Shown here in pieces: positions 62,060-64,000 of a stretch of DNA of 64,000 nt. A program made the translations under genes and the position numbers. The notes under the pieces are model-generated. The model saw only the letters and a program-made list of their open reading frames with translations, was not told where the DNA came from and searched no databases. Position 1 is the first letter of the stretch. Each line of letters begins with the position of its first letter. This DNA comes from Mustelus asterias (lineage: Eukaryota): the NCBI RefSeq assembly GCF_964213995.1, contig NC_135808.1:32364001-32428000 (forward strand), read 5' to 3'.

Positions 62060-62820
62060 GGGTCAGTGCTGGGGGTCTGAGTTCAGTGTCCCAGGGGTCA
62101 GTGCTGGGGGATTGAGTTCAGTGTCCCAGGGGTCAGTGCTGGGAGATGGATTGAGTTCAGTGTCCCAGGGGTCAGTGCTGGGAGATGGATTGAGTTCAGT
62201 GTCCCAGGGGTCAGTGCTGGGAGATGGATTGAGTTCAGTGTCCCAGGGGTCAGTGCTGGGAAATGGATTGAGTTCAGTGTCCCAGGGGTCAGTGCTGGGG
62301 GACTGAGTTCCGTGTCCCAGGGGTCAGTGCTGGGGGTCTAAGTTCCGTGTCCCAAGGGTCAGTGCTGGGGGACTGAGTTCAGTGTCCCAGGAGTCAGTGC
62401 TGGGGGACTGAGTTCAGTGTCCCAGGGGTCAGTGCTGGGAGATGGATTGAGTTCAGTGTCCCGGGGTCAGTGCTGAGGGATTGAGTTCAGTGTCCCAGGG
62501 GTCAGTGCTGGGGGATTGAGTTCAGTGTCCCAGGGGTCAGTGCTGGGGGACTGAGTTCAGTGTCCCAGGGGTCAGTGCTGGGGGACTGAGTTCAGTGTCC
62601 CAGGGGTCAGTGCTGGGGGATTGAGTTCAGTGTCCCAGGGGTCAGTGCTGGGGGACTGAGTTCAGTGTCCCAGGGGTCAGTGCTGAGGGATCGAGTTCAG
62701 TGTCCCAGGGGTCAGTGCTGGGAGATGGATTGAGTTCAGTGTCCCAGGGGTCAGTGCTGGGGGATGGATTGAGTTCAGTGTCCCAGAGGTCAGTGCTGGG
62801 AGATGGATTGAGTTCAGTGT
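62060..62820 (+). repeat. ~31-36-bp minisatellite filling intron 2 of gene C (gagttcagtgtcccaggggtcagtgctgggg...)
   Basis: Tandem array. Confidence 0.95.
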
Positions 62821-62863
62821 AAGGTTGTACATTGACACGCTGTTTCTCTCTGCCTGATCTTAC

Positions 62864-63124
62864 CGGATGTCTGGTTTGTGATCTTCAGCACTGTATTCAG
62901 ATTCTCCTTCACCATGTCTGAGTGCGAGATCACCAGTTCTGTGATATAGTCCCAGAATTCAGAGTCGATATTTTCAGCCATGAACCTCTGTCTGCGAATG
63001 CAGCGACGGATATTACTGTCACAATATCCTGTTTGGATACCATCGACCACTGCAGTGCTTGTAACCGCAGGAAAATCTTCCATCCCAGAGACAACAGTGT
63101 ACATCACCGTGTGTGTGTTAGTGT
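62864..63124 (-). CDS. MHC class I gene C alpha1 exon
   Basis: 261 nt with ttttacag acceptor and G|gtaag donor; DTNTHTVMYTVVSG..FP..VDG..YCDS..EFWD..NQT. The leader lies beyond the window. Confidence 0.9.
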
Positions 63125-63199
63125 CTGTAAAAAGAAACAGTTAAAGGGATTGGTTAATAAACACCGGTCTGATCATCAGAACAATCTCGCTGGACTTCA

Positions 63200-64000
63200 C
63201 CATCCCCCCTCCCCAATCACCACCCCCTCCCCAATCAATCACCACCCCCTCCCCAATCAATCACCACCCCCTCCCCAATCACCACCCCCTCCCCAATCAC
63301 CACCCCCTCCCCAATCACCACCCCCCTCCTCCCGATCACCTCCCCCTCCTCCCAATAATCATCCCCTCCTCCCACCCAATCACCACCCTCCCCAATCACC
63401 ACCTCCTCTCCTCGATCACCACCCCCTCCTCCCAATCACCACTCCATCCTCCCAATCACTACCCCCTCCTCGCAATCACCACCCCCTCCTCCCTGATGAC
63501 CATCCCCACTCCCCAGTCACCATCCCCCTTCCCCAATCACCATCCCCCCCTCCCAATCACCATCCCCCCCTCCCAATCACCATCCCCCCCTCCCAATCAC
63601 CATCCCCCCCTCCCAATCACCATCCCCCCCTCCCAATCACCATCCCCCCCTCCCAATCACCATCCCCCCCTCCCAATCACCATCCCCCCCTCCCAATCAC
63701 CATCCCCCCCTCCCAATCACCATCCCCCCCTCCCAATCACCATCCCCCCCTCCCAATCACCATCCCCCCCTCCCAATCACCATCCCCCCCTCCCAATCAC
63801 CATCCCCCCCTCCCAATCACCATCCCCCCCTCCCAATCACCATCCCCCCCTCCCAATCACCATCCCCCCCTCCCAATCACCATCCCCCCCTCCCAATCAC
63901 CATCCCCCCCTCCCAATCACCATCCCCCCCTCCCAATCACCATCCCCCCCTCCCAATCACCATCCCCCCCCTCTCAATCACCATCCCCCCCCTCTCAATC
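63200..64000 (+). repeat. 20-bp C-rich minisatellite (tcccaatcaccatccccccc)
   Basis: Tandem array running to the window end. Confidence 0.95.

Noticed and set aside
2976-63124. Classical UAA, CD1 or class II assignment
   Set aside because: The exon structure is class I, but the peptide-anchor residues and alpha2 cysteines are missing. The lineage cannot be named without phylogeny, so no symbol is given.

Overview
Repeat-rich vertebrate DNA, almost certainly from a shark or other elasmobranch (HE1-type SINEs, abundant CR1 LINEs). It contains a tandem cluster of three non-classical MHC class I heavy-chain genes on the minus strand. Gene A looks intact: leader at 35138-35189, then a ~29 kb TE-filled intron 1, then the alpha1, alpha2, alpha3, TM and cytoplasmic exons at 6222-2976. 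Gene B (54884-42655) has a stop at the end of alpha2, a deleted TM exon and a SINE in its promoter. Gene C (63124-60338) is open, with its leader outside the window. A fourth, inverted alpha2 fragment lies at 1123-1205. All copies lack both canonical alpha2 cysteines and the N-terminal peptide-anchoring residues. Alpha1 exons are very divergent, while the rest of each gene is nearly homogenised. Intron 1 of gene A holds a decayed Gmr1-like (PR-IN-RT order) LTR retrotransposon whose pol 3' half is replaced by chimeric intronless copies of host RPL19 and NSA2 mRNA. Several Penelope-like element termini carry minimal hammerhead ribozyme motifs. The remainder is nested CR1/Rex1 LINEs, SINEs, Harbinger-derived pieces, minisatellites and two N gaps. 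Protein identifications come from recognising motifs by eye, not from database searches, and TE boundaries are approximate.
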